This document shows positions 30,645 through 40,900 of a stretch of 64,000 nucleotides of DNA, one piece after another. The stretch lies in NCBI RefSeq assembly GCF_000737315.1, contig NZ_JMCB01000024.1:1-64000 (forward strand). The letters run 5' to 3'. Below the pieces are notes generated by a model that saw nothing but the letters and a program-made list of their open reading frames with translations, had not been told where the DNA came from and searched no databases. The stretch's first letter is position 1, and every line of letters starts with the position of its first letter. The stretch is from Hyalangium minutum (GTDB taxonomy: Bacteria; Myxococcota; Myxococcia; Myxococcales; Myxococcaceae). A program made the position numbers and the translations under genes.

Positions 30645-31376
30645 GTGACCCAAGCCACCATTGACTTCCTGCGCAAGTACGACCCTGACTACCCACGCAA
30701 GGTACATGGTGCGAGTCGCCATGACATCGAGCGAGTCAAGTCCCTGAGCGGTCAATCACTACCAGCCGCCTACGAGGACTTCCTCAGCACGATGGGGAGA
30801 AGCATGGGGGATCTCAAGGTTCCCCAAACCAATTTCAGCATCGACAGGGTCATTGAGTTCTATAGCCAAGGGGCTCAACTACCTCCTCCACACTACCTCT
30901 TCATTGCCGCGCATGAGCAGGATCCTTATATCGACTACTACCTCGACTTGCGCACCTCCAATGGCTCGGACAGCGAGGTAGTCCGCATCACCAGCGAGGT
31001 GGAGGAATTCAAGAGCCAGTATGTCCATCCCCTCTTTCTGTCCTTTCAGGATTTGATATTTACATTTGCCTTCACGCTCAAGCGAATGTCTTATCTAGCA
31101 CATCGGACACAGCTTATCCCGTCACCGCCCAAAGCGCAGAAACAGGGGCTTGAGCTTGCTGATACCTTGAGCACTCTGGAGGCGCTGGCACTTCGGATGG
31201 GCTTCCAGAAACTACTCCTCACGAGTTCACGTTGCTTAATGCTTGAGCGGCAGGATGCTGCACTTTACGGGCGAGCGACTCCTCAAGGCGGCGTCCACGC
31301 CGAACTCGCCGCGAGTACGGAGAGTGAGAAAAACCGGCTCCGTGAGATCATCTGCGATCACACAGCGCTCGTGTGA
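30645..31376 (+). CDS. SMI1/KNR4 (SUKH) family immunity protein
   Basis: GAS..DIERV....G..LPAAYEDFL.TMG signature; starts 13 bp after the toxin stop; similar low-GC codon usage. Confidence 0.78.
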   Translation: MTQATIDFLRKYDPDYPRKVHGASRHDIERVKSLSGQSLPAAYEDFLSTMGRSMGDLKVPQTNFSIDRVIEFYSQGAQLPPPHYLFIAAHEQDPYIDYYLDLRTSNGSDSEVVRITSEVEEFKSQYVHPLFLSFQDLIFTFAFTLKRMSYLAHRTQLIPSPPKAQKQGLELADTLSTLEALALRMGFQKLLLTSSRCLMLERQDAALYGRATPQGGVHAELAASTESEKNRLREIICDHTALV

Positions 31377-31590
31377 CCTTGCATCACCTGCTTACTTTTG
31401 CCGGTTTGACCGGCGCACCGATGGGGCACGGCAAACATCTGGCCAAGGAACCGCTGCCGGAGTTGGCGGAGTCTGCCCCCTGCCCTCACCGGAAACAGTT
31501 CGCCCGGTGCCACGCCTGCGCCGAAACGCTGTCCCGCAGCGCGAAAACGTCCATGCTGTGCCCAGACCACCCCTTGAGAGATAGAGGAGG

Positions 31591-32967
31591 TTACCGCTCG
31601 CCCGCCACCGGCGCTACCCGGGTGGAACCCAGCACCTGGAGCCCTGAGGGCTGCCGCCACTCCACCAGGGACACCTCCGCGCCCCCCTGCTTGTGCGGCT
31701 GACACTCCACCGCGGTGAAGCGCTGCACCAGCCGCGCGAGCCGTTGGTGCTCCGAGTCCAGCCTCGGGTTGCGCTGCAGTTCCCGGAGGAAGTCCGCCCA
31801 GACCGTGTCGGGCGCCTCGGGCGCGGGCAGCCGCATGAGCTCGATCCACGTGCCCGAGTTCACGTACAGCAGGCCTTCCTCCTGCTTCCACCGCGCCGCG
31901 TGCGTGTGGCCGATGAGCACCGCGCCCGCCCGGTACTTCTGGGCCAGCCGCTGCGCCTCCATCCACTCGCTGGGCATCGGCTCCAGGTCGAAGTACCGCT
32001 CGCTGGAGGCTCCCGCTACCACGCGGTGCATCCGCGCGTACCCCTGGAGCGCGCTGCGCCCCAGCTTCTGCCGGGCGCTCAGCAGTTCGGGCTCGTCCTC
32101 GCCGAAGTGGACCCCTCCCCCGGCCATCATCTCCTCCAGTGCCCGCTGCTCCTCCAAGGTGAGACCGGCCTCCTTCACCCGCTCGGCCAGTCCCAGATCC
32201 GGCTCGGCCTCCTCACCGAACGTCAGCGGCGCCATGTCCCGGCGCAGCAACTGCCAGCCAATGCGCAGCGATGACTCCTGGAAGGCGAGCCGCACCGCCC
32301 CCGGGTTGATTGCGAACGCCGCCAGCAGGGCCCCCTGGAAATCGGGCATGAGCAGATCCGCGAAGCGCATGCCGTACTGGCGCTTGAGCGGGTTGAGCAG
32401 CCTCTTCACCAGCAGCGAGCCCGCCGAGTAGCGGTACCCGGCGGCATCCGTTCCCTCCGGGGCACCCGGTCCCGGAAGGTGCTCGTAGTCCACCTTGTTC
32501 CAGGTGTCGTGCTGCTCGCCATGGGCCAGCAGCACCCGCGCCCCGCCCACCTCCAGCACCCACGGCGCGTCCCCGCGCTGGAAGCGCAGACGCTGGGCCA
32601 CCTCGGGTGGCTGGCCGAGCGCCTCGCGCAGCACCGCCTGCACCTCTCCGAGCGCCAGCTCTACATCATGGTTGCCCAGGCGCAGCACCACCTCGCCTCC
32701 CGCCGCCAGCACCCGCCCGAGCGCCTCGAGCACCGCCGCCGTCGGCGCCGAGGCCACCAAAGCCCGAGCCTGCGCCACCGCCCGCTCCACCTGCAGCTCG
32801 AGCGGATCCTCGTTCATGAGGAAGTCCACCGAGTCACCGTTGAGCACCACCCGCGTGGGCTCGCGGGTGAGCGTGTCCAGGAAGGCGGGCAGCGCATGGG
32901 CTCCCGCGAAGATGTCATAGCCTTGGCCATTGCCCAGATGCAGATCGCTCAACACCACCGTACGCAT
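31591..32967 (-). CDS. Calcineurin-like metallophosphoesterase
   Basis: SDLHLG, LNGD..D, GNHD, HGEQHD, IGHTH, NSGTW: a full metallophos motif set. Confidence 0.9.
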   Translation of the reverse strand: MRTVVLSDLHLGNGQGYDIFAGAHALPAFLDTLTREPTRVVLNGDSVDFLMNEDPLELQVERAVAQARALVASAPTAAVLEALGRVLAAGGEVVLRLGNHDVELALGEVQAVLREALGQPPEVAQRLRFQRGDAPWVLEVGGARVLLAHGEQHDTWNKVDYEHLPGPGAPEGTDAAGYRYSAGSLLVKRLLNPLKRQYGMRFADLLMPDFQGALLAAFAINPGAVRLAFQESSLRIGWQLLRRDMAPLTFGEEAEPDLGLAERVKEAGLTLEEQRALEEMMAGGGVHFGEDEPELLSARQKLGRSALQGYARMHRVVAGASSERYFDLEPMPSEWMEAQRLAQKYRAGAVLIGHTHAARWKQEEGLLYVNSGTWIELMRLPAPEAPDTVWADFLRELQRNPRLDSEHQRLARLVQRFTAVECQPHKQGGAEVSLVEWRQPSGLQVLGSTRVAPVAGER

Positions 32968-33018
32968 GATGGGGACTCCCGAGAGGTAGAAAGGGGGTTG
33001 CTCGTGCGAAGGCAGGCC

Positions 33019-34707
33019 TCAGCCTGGTGAGCGCAGCGCGGCCAGCGCCTTCAGACCGGCCTCTGTGTAGACCTTCCGCCAGCGGCGCAGCTCCGACAGG
33101 GGAACCCCCATCCGCGAGGCAATGGCCTTCTCGCTTTCTTCACCGCTGAGCATGCCGAGCACGGCCTCGGCCATGGCCTCGGTGGGTGGCAGCGCCCCCG
33201 CGCTGGAGGCCAGGTGCTGCGCCAGAGAGACCTCCGGCGCCACGGAGAGGCTCGGGCGGACCTGCAACGCCAAGGAAGCGGAGGCCTCGGCCTGGGTGAG
33301 CGGCAGGCGCGCCGCCGGATCCCCCAGGAGGAGGTAGCCGGAGAGATCCTGCCGTAGCATCCACAGATGGGCGCGCTCGGCGGAGTCCACGGGGTTGTCG
33401 CGCCCGGCCAGGCGCGCCGACTCCTCGTAGTCATAGAGGGTGGTGAGCTCCGTGTTGGCCTCGTTGAAGAACCGCATGAGCGCACTCAGGCCCGCGCCCG
33501 CGCGGCGGCCTTCCACCAGGGTGCGCAGCAGGCCCAGAAAGCGCGAGGGCCGGTTGCGCGCCGCGCGGCCCAAGTCCTGGAAGGAGTAAGTCCACGCCAA
33601 GTCCACGTGGCCCACCACCGCCAGCGGCCCCTGAGGGTTGGCGAGCACCGCTTGAGGCAAGGCCGCGACGAAGGGACGCTCGCCTTCGCGAGGGAGCGCG
33701 GCCAGCAGCCGCTCCAGCCGGCCGGGGTACTGGCCCACCTCGCGCAGCCGCGACAGCCACGGGTAGTAGGCGCTGCGAGCGGGAGTGCCTGCCCCGAAGC
33801 ACGCGAGGAAGAACCAGATTCCCCCCGGCAGAAACGGAGTTGAAGCCAAGGTCGAGGCGTCCAGCGCCCCTTCCACGCCCAGGCTCATGGCGCCCTGGCG
33901 CGCGCGCTGCTCGTCCACCGAGCGCCAACCACTGCGCGGGGCGCCCAACCCGTGGCTCATGGTGAAGAGCACGGAGGGCTGAGGCGAGGCCACCTCCGCG
34001 AGGAGCTTCTGCGCGGACCAGTCCGCAGGCTCGCCCAGCTCGGAGAGAGACGCCGCGGAGAGGCTGCCCAGCTCCTGCAGCTTGCGCAGGCTCTCGAGGC
34101 TGGGAGCCATCAGCGCCCGGTAGCCCACGGTGGTGGCGGCGGTCCCATCGTGCGCGGTGAAGAGCATCGCGCGGCCCTGCTGCGTGGGCGAGGGCGAGCG
34201 GCTCCAGCGCAGCACCTTGTCCACATAGGCCTCGTAGCCCGCCTCCGAGGGGAAGACGAGCCGGCCCGCGAAGCCGTCACTGCCGAGCACCTGCTGCAGC
34301 TCGACCGACACCTGATCGAAATCGCCCAGCAGCAGCAAGTAGGCAGGCTGCTCCGTCTCGAACTCCGCCTCGTTGCGCAGCACGGTGTCCTTCCACCGGA
34401 CGGCCTGCATCCCATCCATGCCGGGCTTGACCCGGTAGATGCGCGCTGGGGCGCCCTGCTCCTCTTCGCGCAGCCGGCGCAGCGGCTCGATGAGGGCAAG
34501 CAGCCTGTCCCCCAAGGGGCCTTCCGGGGCAATCACCCCCCAGCGCTGATCCGGCAGGGAGTTGGGATCCACCCCCGCATCGATCAGATCCTTGCCCGAG
34601 GCGCGCTCCTCGGGCCGGGGCAGATGGGCCGCCGCATCCAAGGGCAGCGCATCTTCCAGCACGGGCCGCCGGTCATCGGCATGGGTCAGCAGCAGCTCGA
34701 AGTCCAT
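33019..34707 (-). CDS. Putative clan-CD (C25/gingipain-like) cysteine protease with C-terminal HTH
   Basis: YLLLLGD, then FTMSHGLG (His-Gly) and FFLACFGAG (Cys) as a dyad, and LLGDPA near the domain end; C-terminal IASRMGVPLSELRRWRKVY helix-turn-helix. Start set at ATG 34707. Confidence 0.62.
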   Translation of the reverse strand: MDFELLLTHADDRRPVLEDALPLDAAAHLPRPEERASGKDLIDAGVDPNSLPDQRWGVIAPEGPLGDRLLALIEPLRRLREEEQGAPARIYRVKPGMDGMQAVRWKDTVLRNEAEFETEQPAYLLLLGDFDQVSVELQQVLGSDGFAGRLVFPSEAGYEAYVDKVLRWSRSPSPTQQGRAMLFTAHDGTAATTVGYRALMAPSLESLRKLQELGSLSAASLSELGEPADWSAQKLLAEVASPQPSVLFTMSHGLGAPRSGWRSVDEQRARQGAMSLGVEGALDASTLASTPFLPGGIWFFLACFGAGTPARSAYYPWLSRLREVGQYPGRLERLLAALPREGERPFVAALPQAVLANPQGPLAVVGHVDLAWTYSFQDLGRAARNRPSRFLGLLRTLVEGRRAGAGLSALMRFFNEANTELTTLYDYEESARLAGRDNPVDSAERAHLWMLRQDLSGYLLLGDPAARLPLTQAEASASLALQVRPSLSVAPEVSLAQHLASSAGALPPTEAMAEAVLGMLSGEESEKAIASRMGVPLSELRRWRKVYTEAGLKALAALRSPG

Positions 34708-34720
34708 GCCAGACGGCCGT

Positions 34721-34736
34721 TGCCATTTCCTTGCCA
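34721..34736 (-). promoter_or_regulatory. Possible sigma54 promoter for the protease-phosphoesterase operon
   Basis: Minus strand TGGCAAGGAAATGGCA fits GG-N10-GC, but -12 is TGGCA and the predicted leader is only a few nt. Confidence 0.35.
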
Positions 34737-34775
34737 ACCCCTTTGTAGACGCACACTTGCGCGGACGAGCGCCCG

Positions 34776-34809
34776 TTGACGCGTCAGCTGACGCCCATTG
34801 ACGCGCAAA
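34776..34809. promoter_or_regulatory. Tandem palindromic enhancer boxes (putative sigma54-activator UAS)
   Basis: TTGACGCGTCAG (34776) and TTGACGCGCAAA (34798), starts 22 bp apart; the same boxes recur at 42038-42070. Confidence 0.7.
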
Positions 34810-34857
34810 TGGCCGCCAGATCCCTCCAGCAGTCACGCCCTTCCCCCGAACCTCTCT

Positions 34858-34873
34858 TGGTTCAGGGCTTGCA
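34858..34873 (+). promoter_or_regulatory. Sigma54 (-24/-12) promoter of the Kelch gene
   Basis: TGGTTCAGGGCTTGCA fits GG-N10-GC with TTGCA; 50 bp from the proximal UAS box; RBS GAGGAG and ATG 34918 downstream. Confidence 0.68.
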
Positions 34874-34917
34874 ACCTTGTGTGCGGAATCCCACTCGCAC
34901 CACGAGGAGATTCGACC

Positions 34918-37872
34918 ATGACGAAGCGGCTCGAGAGGAGCGCCCCCGCCCTGCCTCAAGGGGCGACCTGCCTGCTGCTGGGGTGCCTGGCGCTGGGCTG
35001 TGGCCCCTCGTCGAGCTCGGAGCTCCCATGGATGAAAGAGCTGCTTCAAGGAGAGTCCTCCACCGTGGAGACCTCCGGCTGGCGCGACATCGCGGCGATG
35101 GACTCCATCCGGACGAGCCACACCGCCACGCTGCTGCCCAACGGCAAGGTGTTGATCTTGGGCGGGAGCAATGCCACCGCCAAGGCTCTCGTCAGCGCGG
35201 AGTTCTATGACTTGAGTACCGGCGAGTGGGAGAAGGCAGGCACACTGGAAACCCCCCGCGCTGGACACACCGCCACGCTGCTACTCAACGGCAAGGTGCT
35301 GGTGGCGGGAGGAAGGAACGACAACGACCAGGCCCTCGACACCTTCGAGGTGTACGACCCAGCGACGAAGATCTCAACCCAGCCGACCCTTCTCATGGAC
35401 TCCGCCCGCTATGATCACACGGCGACGCTGTTGGCCTCGGGCAAGGTCCTGGTCACCGGAGGGCTTTCAGACTCCACAGGACGGTCCTCCCTCGACACGG
35501 CGGAGGTCTACGATCCGGATCAGGGCTCCTGGCAAGCAGCAGACACCATGAGCCATGCCCGCTCGCGACACACCGCCACGCGCTTGCCCTCCGACCGCGT
35601 CCTGATCGCTGGGGGAACAGACTCTGAGCTCACCAGCGACGCCGAGGAGTACGCCCCGGATGGCAGCGCGGCGATTCCCGTCGGCAAGCTGATCCAAAAT
35701 CGCTCGGAGCACACGGCCACGCTGCTGCCCTCGGGAAAGGTTCTGATCGCCGGCGGCAAGGACTTGAACGGACGCAGCATCGGCACCGCCGAGTTGTACG
35801 ATCCCAATCTGCGACAGTGGCGTCCCTGCAAGGAAATGATGCAGCAGGCCCGCATCGGCCATACGGCGGTGCTGTTGTTCACAGGCAAGGTGCTGGTCGC
35901 GGGAGGCTACGTCAGCCCCACATCGCCCACCGGTATTCCCAACACGGAGGAGTACGACCCAGACGAGGAAACCTGGAGCGACAGCGGCACCTCTCTGGGC
36001 ACCGGTCGTCTCAAGCACACGGCCACGCTGCTACCTGACGGCAGGGTGCTGGTCACGGGCGGGTTCGGAACCAGCGCCGTCCAGAGCGCGGAGGTATACG
36101 GCTCGGGGATGGGCAACTGGCGTGACGGGGAGGCCCTGCTCCAGGAGCGCTCCGGTCACACGGTGACGCAGCTTCCCGGTGGCAAGCTGCTGATCGTCGG
36201 CGGCACGTCGAACGGAACTACCGCCCTGAAAAGCGCAGAGCTCTATGACCCAGCCAGCGGCAAATGGAGCCCCACTGCCAAGCCTTTGGGGACCGCCCGC
36301 TTCCACCATACGGCCACGCTGCTTCCCAACGGCAAGGTGCTCGTCACCGGGGGCACGTCGAGCGGGACCAGCGCCCTGAAAAGCGCCGAGCTTTATGACC
36401 CGGCGACCGGCAACTGGAGCCCCACTGCCAAACTTTTGGAGACCGCCCGCTTCCACCATACGGCCACGCTGCTGCCCACGGGACAGGTGCTCGTCGCCGG
36501 AGGCACCTCAGGTCAGGACACAGCGCTGAAGGACGCAGAGCTGTACGACCCGGCAAGCAATACGTGGATCCCTGCCGAGAACCTGAGTTCCCCCAGGTTC
36601 CTCCACACGGCCACACCGCTTCCCTCGGGCGAGGTTCTGCTCATCGGAGGCACCCAGGGCCTTAACTCGCCCGTGGACAGCGACGAGCTGTATGACCCGA
36701 AGACCGGGACCTGGAGCAGCATCCCCTCATCGCGGGCCTCCCGCTTCGAGCACACCGCGACGCTGCTGCCCTCCGGACTGGTCATGGTCGCCGGAGGACG
36801 AAGTGGGGCCCACGCAGTCTCCTCCGTGGAGTTCTATGATCCGAAGGAAAGCGCGTGGGTGGAGACCGCCTCCGTCACGCTCAACACGGGCCGCTACGGC
36901 CATACGGCAACGTTGTTGCTTTCCGGCCTCGTGCTGATTGCAGGGGGGACGAATGGACTCACGGTCTTCGCCAGCTCGGAAGTGTACGACCCCGCCCTGG
37001 GGGTCTGGAGCCCTCTCACCCCGTCGCAGCTCACCGCCCGCCATCACTCGACCGCCACGCTTCTGCCCTCGGGCAAGGTGCTGGTCGCCGGAGGCGTGAA
37101 CGACAGCGGCCGCCTGAAAAGCTTCCAGATCTACGAAGGCCCCGTGGCTGCCAAGAGCGAGACGTCTCGTCCCTCGCTCCATTCCATTCCTCCCAAGCAG
37201 CCGGGAAGCACACTGGAGCTCCAAGGGACGCATCTGATCAATCACTCCGAGACCAGCGGAGGCAATGCCCGCAGCTCCTCCTCCGCCCTCCCCCTCGTCA
37301 GCTTGGTGGCCGTGGACGGAGGAGCGCTGACCCGCGTCACCCAGTGGGCCACATTCTCGGACAGCTTGCTCACCTTCACCTTGCCGAAGCTGCAAACGGG
37401 CCACTACATCCTCTCCGTCACCGCCCAGGGCGCTTCCGGAGGGCGGGTTCTCCTCGTGGACGGAACACCCCCGGCCGCGCCGCAGGTCGCTCGGCCCCTC
37501 CAGGACCAAGCCATCCACACCACGAGCCCCCCAGACATGACCGGCGCCGCCGAGCCGGGCAGCACGGTGGCACTGACTCTGGATGGAGTTAAGGCTGGGT
37601 CGATGGACATCGATGCCAAGGGGAATTGGAGCTACACTCCTCCGGCCCCCTTGGGGCTTGGAGCCCACACCCTCTCAGTCACCGCGACGGACCCGGCCGG
37701 AAATTCCAGTGAGGCCTCTTCCGTCACCTTCCACATCGAACGCCCCGTGAGCCACTATGGATGGGGTTGTGCCAGTACTCCGGGGCTTTCCCTCAGCGGG
37801 CTCTGGCTGGGGGTGACCTTATGGCTCAGGCAGAGGAGCAAGCGCCAGTCCGCCTTCCCTCTTGGCCACTGA
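34918..37872 (+). CDS. Kelch-repeat surface lipoprotein with Ig-like domain and MYXO-CTERM-like tail
   Basis: Lipobox LALGC; 14 HTATLL.xGKVL..GG Kelch repeats; Big-type domain (G.AEPGSTV.L.LDG...G.W.Y......G.HTL.VTATD.AGN); tail YGWGC, hydrophobic stretch, RQRSKR. Confidence 0.88.
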   Translation: MTKRLERSAPALPQGATCLLLGCLALGCGPSSSSELPWMKELLQGESSTVETSGWRDIAAMDSIRTSHTATLLPNGKVLILGGSNATAKALVSAEFYDLSTGEWEKAGTLETPRAGHTATLLLNGKVLVAGGRNDNDQALDTFEVYDPATKISTQPTLLMDSARYDHTATLLASGKVLVTGGLSDSTGRSSLDTAEVYDPDQGSWQAADTMSHARSRHTATRLPSDRVLIAGGTDSELTSDAEEYAPDGSAAIPVGKLIQNRSEHTATLLPSGKVLIAGGKDLNGRSIGTAELYDPNLRQWRPCKEMMQQARIGHTAVLLFTGKVLVAGGYVSPTSPTGIPNTEEYDPDEETWSDSGTSLGTGRLKHTATLLPDGRVLVTGGFGTSAVQSAEVYGSGMGNWRDGEALLQERSGHTVTQLPGGKLLIVGGTSNGTTALKSAELYDPASGKWSPTAKPLGTARFHHTATLLPNGKVLVTGGTSSGTSALKSAELYDPATGNWSPTAKLLETARFHHTATLLPTGQVLVAGGTSGQDTALKDAELYDPASNTWIPAENLSSPRFLHTATPLPSGEVLLIGGTQGLNSPVDSDELYDPKTGTWSSIPSSRASRFEHTATLLPSGLVMVAGGRSGAHAVSSVEFYDPKESAWVETASVTLNTGRYGHTATLLLSGLVLIAGGTNGLTVFASSEVYDPALGVWSPLTPSQLTARHHSTATLLPSGKVLVAGGVNDSGRLKSFQIYEGPVAAKSETSRPSLHSIPPKQPGSTLELQGTHLINHSETSGGNARSSSSALPLVSLVAVDGGALTRVTQWATFSDSLLTFTLPKLQTGHYILSVTAQGASGGRVLLVDGTPPAAPQVARPLQDQAIHTTSPPDMTGAAEPGSTVALTLDGVKAGSMDIDAKGNWSYTPPAPLGLGAHTLSVTATDPAGNSSEASSVTFHIERPVSHYGWGCASTPGLSLSGLWLGVTLWLRQRSKRQSAFPLGH
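36224..36523 (+). repeat. Recent 150-bp tandem duplication of a Kelch blade
   Basis: CCCTGAAAAGCGC at 36224 and 36374; long identical tracts such as TGGAGCCCCACTGCCAA and GACCGCCCGCTTCCACCATACGGCCACGCTGCT. Confidence 0.85.
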
Positions 37873-37950
37873 AGTGCACCGCCTCTCATGATAGTTTGGT
37901 CCGTTGCACGCGCGCGGCGTGCGCTAAGAAATTGCAGTAGCGCATGAGGA

Positions 37951-40900
37951 ATGCCGATGCGTGAGAAGTATGAGCAAGAATTGCGCGTAGCGCAGATGCG
38001 GGGTGTGCTCTCCCAAGAGGAAGCCGAGGCCCTCATCACCGAGGGCCTCCTCCAGGGCTGCCACCCCCTGGAGCTGCTCGTGGCCCGGGGCATCCTCTCC
38101 GAGGAGACCCTGGACGAGATTCGAGCCGCGGCCTACGGCACCGGAGCGCCCCTCCACGCGGGCTTGAAGCAGGGAGAGACGCTCTCCTTTCGTCGTCCCC
38201 CGGCAGAGCCCCCGGCGCGCGTGGAGGAGCCTCTCACCCCGGGCTCTCCGACTCGCACCATTCAGCCCGGGACCCCACCGGCGGTCCCACCCGCGAAGCC
38301 CCCAGTTCCCGCGGACGCGCCCGTGACCCCTGGGTCTCCCACCCTCACGGTCCACCCCACTCCCAGCCAGACGACCCCCTATCCCCAGGAGCCGGCCTTC
38401 CCCGTACCGGGCTGGGAGCGCTACCAGCCGGTGCGCTTCCTGGGGCAAGGCGGCATGGGCCGCGTCTACCTCGCGTATGACCCGGTGCTGCGCCGCAACG
38501 TGGCCCTGAAGTTCGTGCGCGGGGACGACCCCGAGCTCCAGCACCGCTTCATCTCCGAGGCGCAGGCCCAGGCCCGCGTGGAGCACGAGCGCGTGTGCAA
38601 GGTGTACGAGGTCGGCGAGGTGCAGGGCCAGCCCTTCATCGCCATGCAGTACGTGGAGGGCTGCTCGCTGCTGGATCTGATCCGGGAGCTGTCCCTGGAG
38701 CAGAAGGTGATGGTGATGCAGCAAGTGACGGAGGGCGTGCACGCCGCCCACCGCGCCGGCCTCATCCACCGGGACATCAAGCCGACCAACATCCTGGTGG
38801 AGCGTGGGGAGGACGGGCGGTGGAAGCCCTACGTCATGGACTTCGGCCTGGCGCGCGACTGGCAGCGCGAGGCCACCGTCACCGGCACGGTGCTGGGCAC
38901 CCCGCACTACATGGCGCCCGAGCAGGCCCGGGGCGAAGTGAGCCAGTTGGACCGGCGCGCGGATGTCTACAGCCTGGGCGCCACGCTGTACGTGATGCTC
39001 ACGGGCAAGACGCCCATCCCCGGCACCAACGCCTTGGAAGTGCTCACCAACCTGGCCACCCAGGAGGCGCGCCCACTGCGCGAGCACAACAAGAACGTAC
39101 CGGTGGACCTGGAGGCGATTGTCCTCAAGTGCCTGGAGCGGGAGCCGTCAGCCCGGTACGACTCAGCGCGGGCGCTGGCCGAGGACCTGGGGCGCTTCCT
39201 CAACGGCGAGCCGGTGCAGGCGCGCGCCGTGGGCACCTGGTACCGGCTGCGCAAGAAGGCGCGCAAACACTGGGCCCTGGTCTCCGTGGCCTCCGTGGCG
39301 CTGGTGCTGGTGCTCCTGGCGCTGGGAAAGGCGGAGCTCACCCGTCGTGACTCAGCTGAACGTGAGCGTCTGTCAAGCCACTTCACCAAGGTGGCGGGAG
39401 ACGTGGAAGCACGCGCCCGCTTCATCGCGCTCAGCCGCCTGCACGACACCCGCGCCGAGCGCCAGGAGCTGCGCACCCGGCTGGGAGAGATCGAGCGAGC
39501 GATGGGCGAGAGCGGCGAAGTGGCTCAAGGGCCCGGGCACTATGCGCTTGGACAGGGATGGCTGGACCTGGGGGATCCCGCCAAGGCCCGCGAGCATCTG
39601 GAGGCAGCCAAGGCGGCGGGCTATGAGGATCCGCAGGCCAACGTGGCCTTGGCCCTGGCGATGAGCCAGCTCTACAACGAGCAACTGCTGTCCCTGGGAC
39701 AGCTCGCTTCCGAGCTACGTAAAGCGCGCCGCGAAGAGCTGGCTGTCCAGTACCGGGAACCCGCGCTCAACTTGTTGCGCGAGAGCAAGAACGCCCAGGT
39801 GAACTCCAGCGAGTATATGAAAGCGCTCCTGGCCTTCTACGAGGAGCACTATGACGAGGCGCTCGGCCAGCTGAACTCGCTCGGAGAACGGATGCCCTGG
39901 TTCTACGAGGCCCCCAAGCTCCGGGGCGACATCCTCCACGTGCGCGCTCTGATGCGCTGGAGCGATGGACAGCAGACGGAGAAAGAAAAAGAACAGGTCC
40001 AAGCGGACCTCGAAGAGGCCCGCCGGTCTTACCTCCGGGCGGCGGACACCGCCCAGAGCGCACCGGAGGTGCACTGCGGGTTGGCCCGGGTCGAATGGGC
40101 GGCGGTCTCCATGGCCCTCTACAGCAACGGGGAGGTGGCGCCCCATATCGAGCGCGCGCTCCAGCACCTCTCCCGAGCCCTCCAGGCGGCGCCAGACCAC
40201 GCTGCGTCCTGGGTCCTGCAGGCCACGCTCTATCGTAACCTCGCCCAGTCCAGCCACTTGCAGGGACAAGCCGCTGAGAAGCCACTGCGCCAGGCGATCG
40301 ACTCTGCCCAGAAGGCCTTGGACCTCAACCCGTCAAACATGGAGGCGCGCAAGGAGCTGGGCATGGACTGGCTGGAGCTGGCCACGCTCCATCAAAAGAT
40401 CAACCAGGACCCTCGCGAGCCGCTCCAGCACGCTCTCAAGGTCTTCAAGGAGTTCGAGACCACCCAGAGCGACTATTACGTCTACCATGGACTGGGCCTC
40501 ATCTTCACAAAGCAGGCCGACTATGCGGAGAGTCTTGGAGCAGACTCGCTGCTCCATCGCAACGAGGCCATCAAAGCCTTCCAGAAATCGGTCGAGCTCA
40601 AAGACAACTATGAAGCGGGCTGGGTCAACCTCGCGACTCAGTATTACAAGCGAGCCACCCTCCCCAAAGCTCCCTCCCCCAAAGAAGACCTCGAGCAGGC
40701 CTGGCAGGCGCTGCAGAAGAGCCGAGAGCTGGATCGTCAGAACTTCTTGGTCCGCTTCCAAGCGGGCAGGGTCCAGTTGGCCCAGGCGCAGCGCCTGCGT
40801 GACTCAGGCGAGGATGAGCGCCCAGCCTTGACCGCGGCCCTCGACGCCTGCCGCGAGGGGCTGGCAATCAACCCTCGCATGGTGGAGTTGCACAACCTGA

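Noticed and set aside
31373-31702. 109-aa ORF after the immunity gene as a real CDS
   Set aside because: It overlaps the phosphoesterase 3' end by 112 bp, lacks a clear RBS and has atypical codon usage; only the SEC-C-like fragment is noted.
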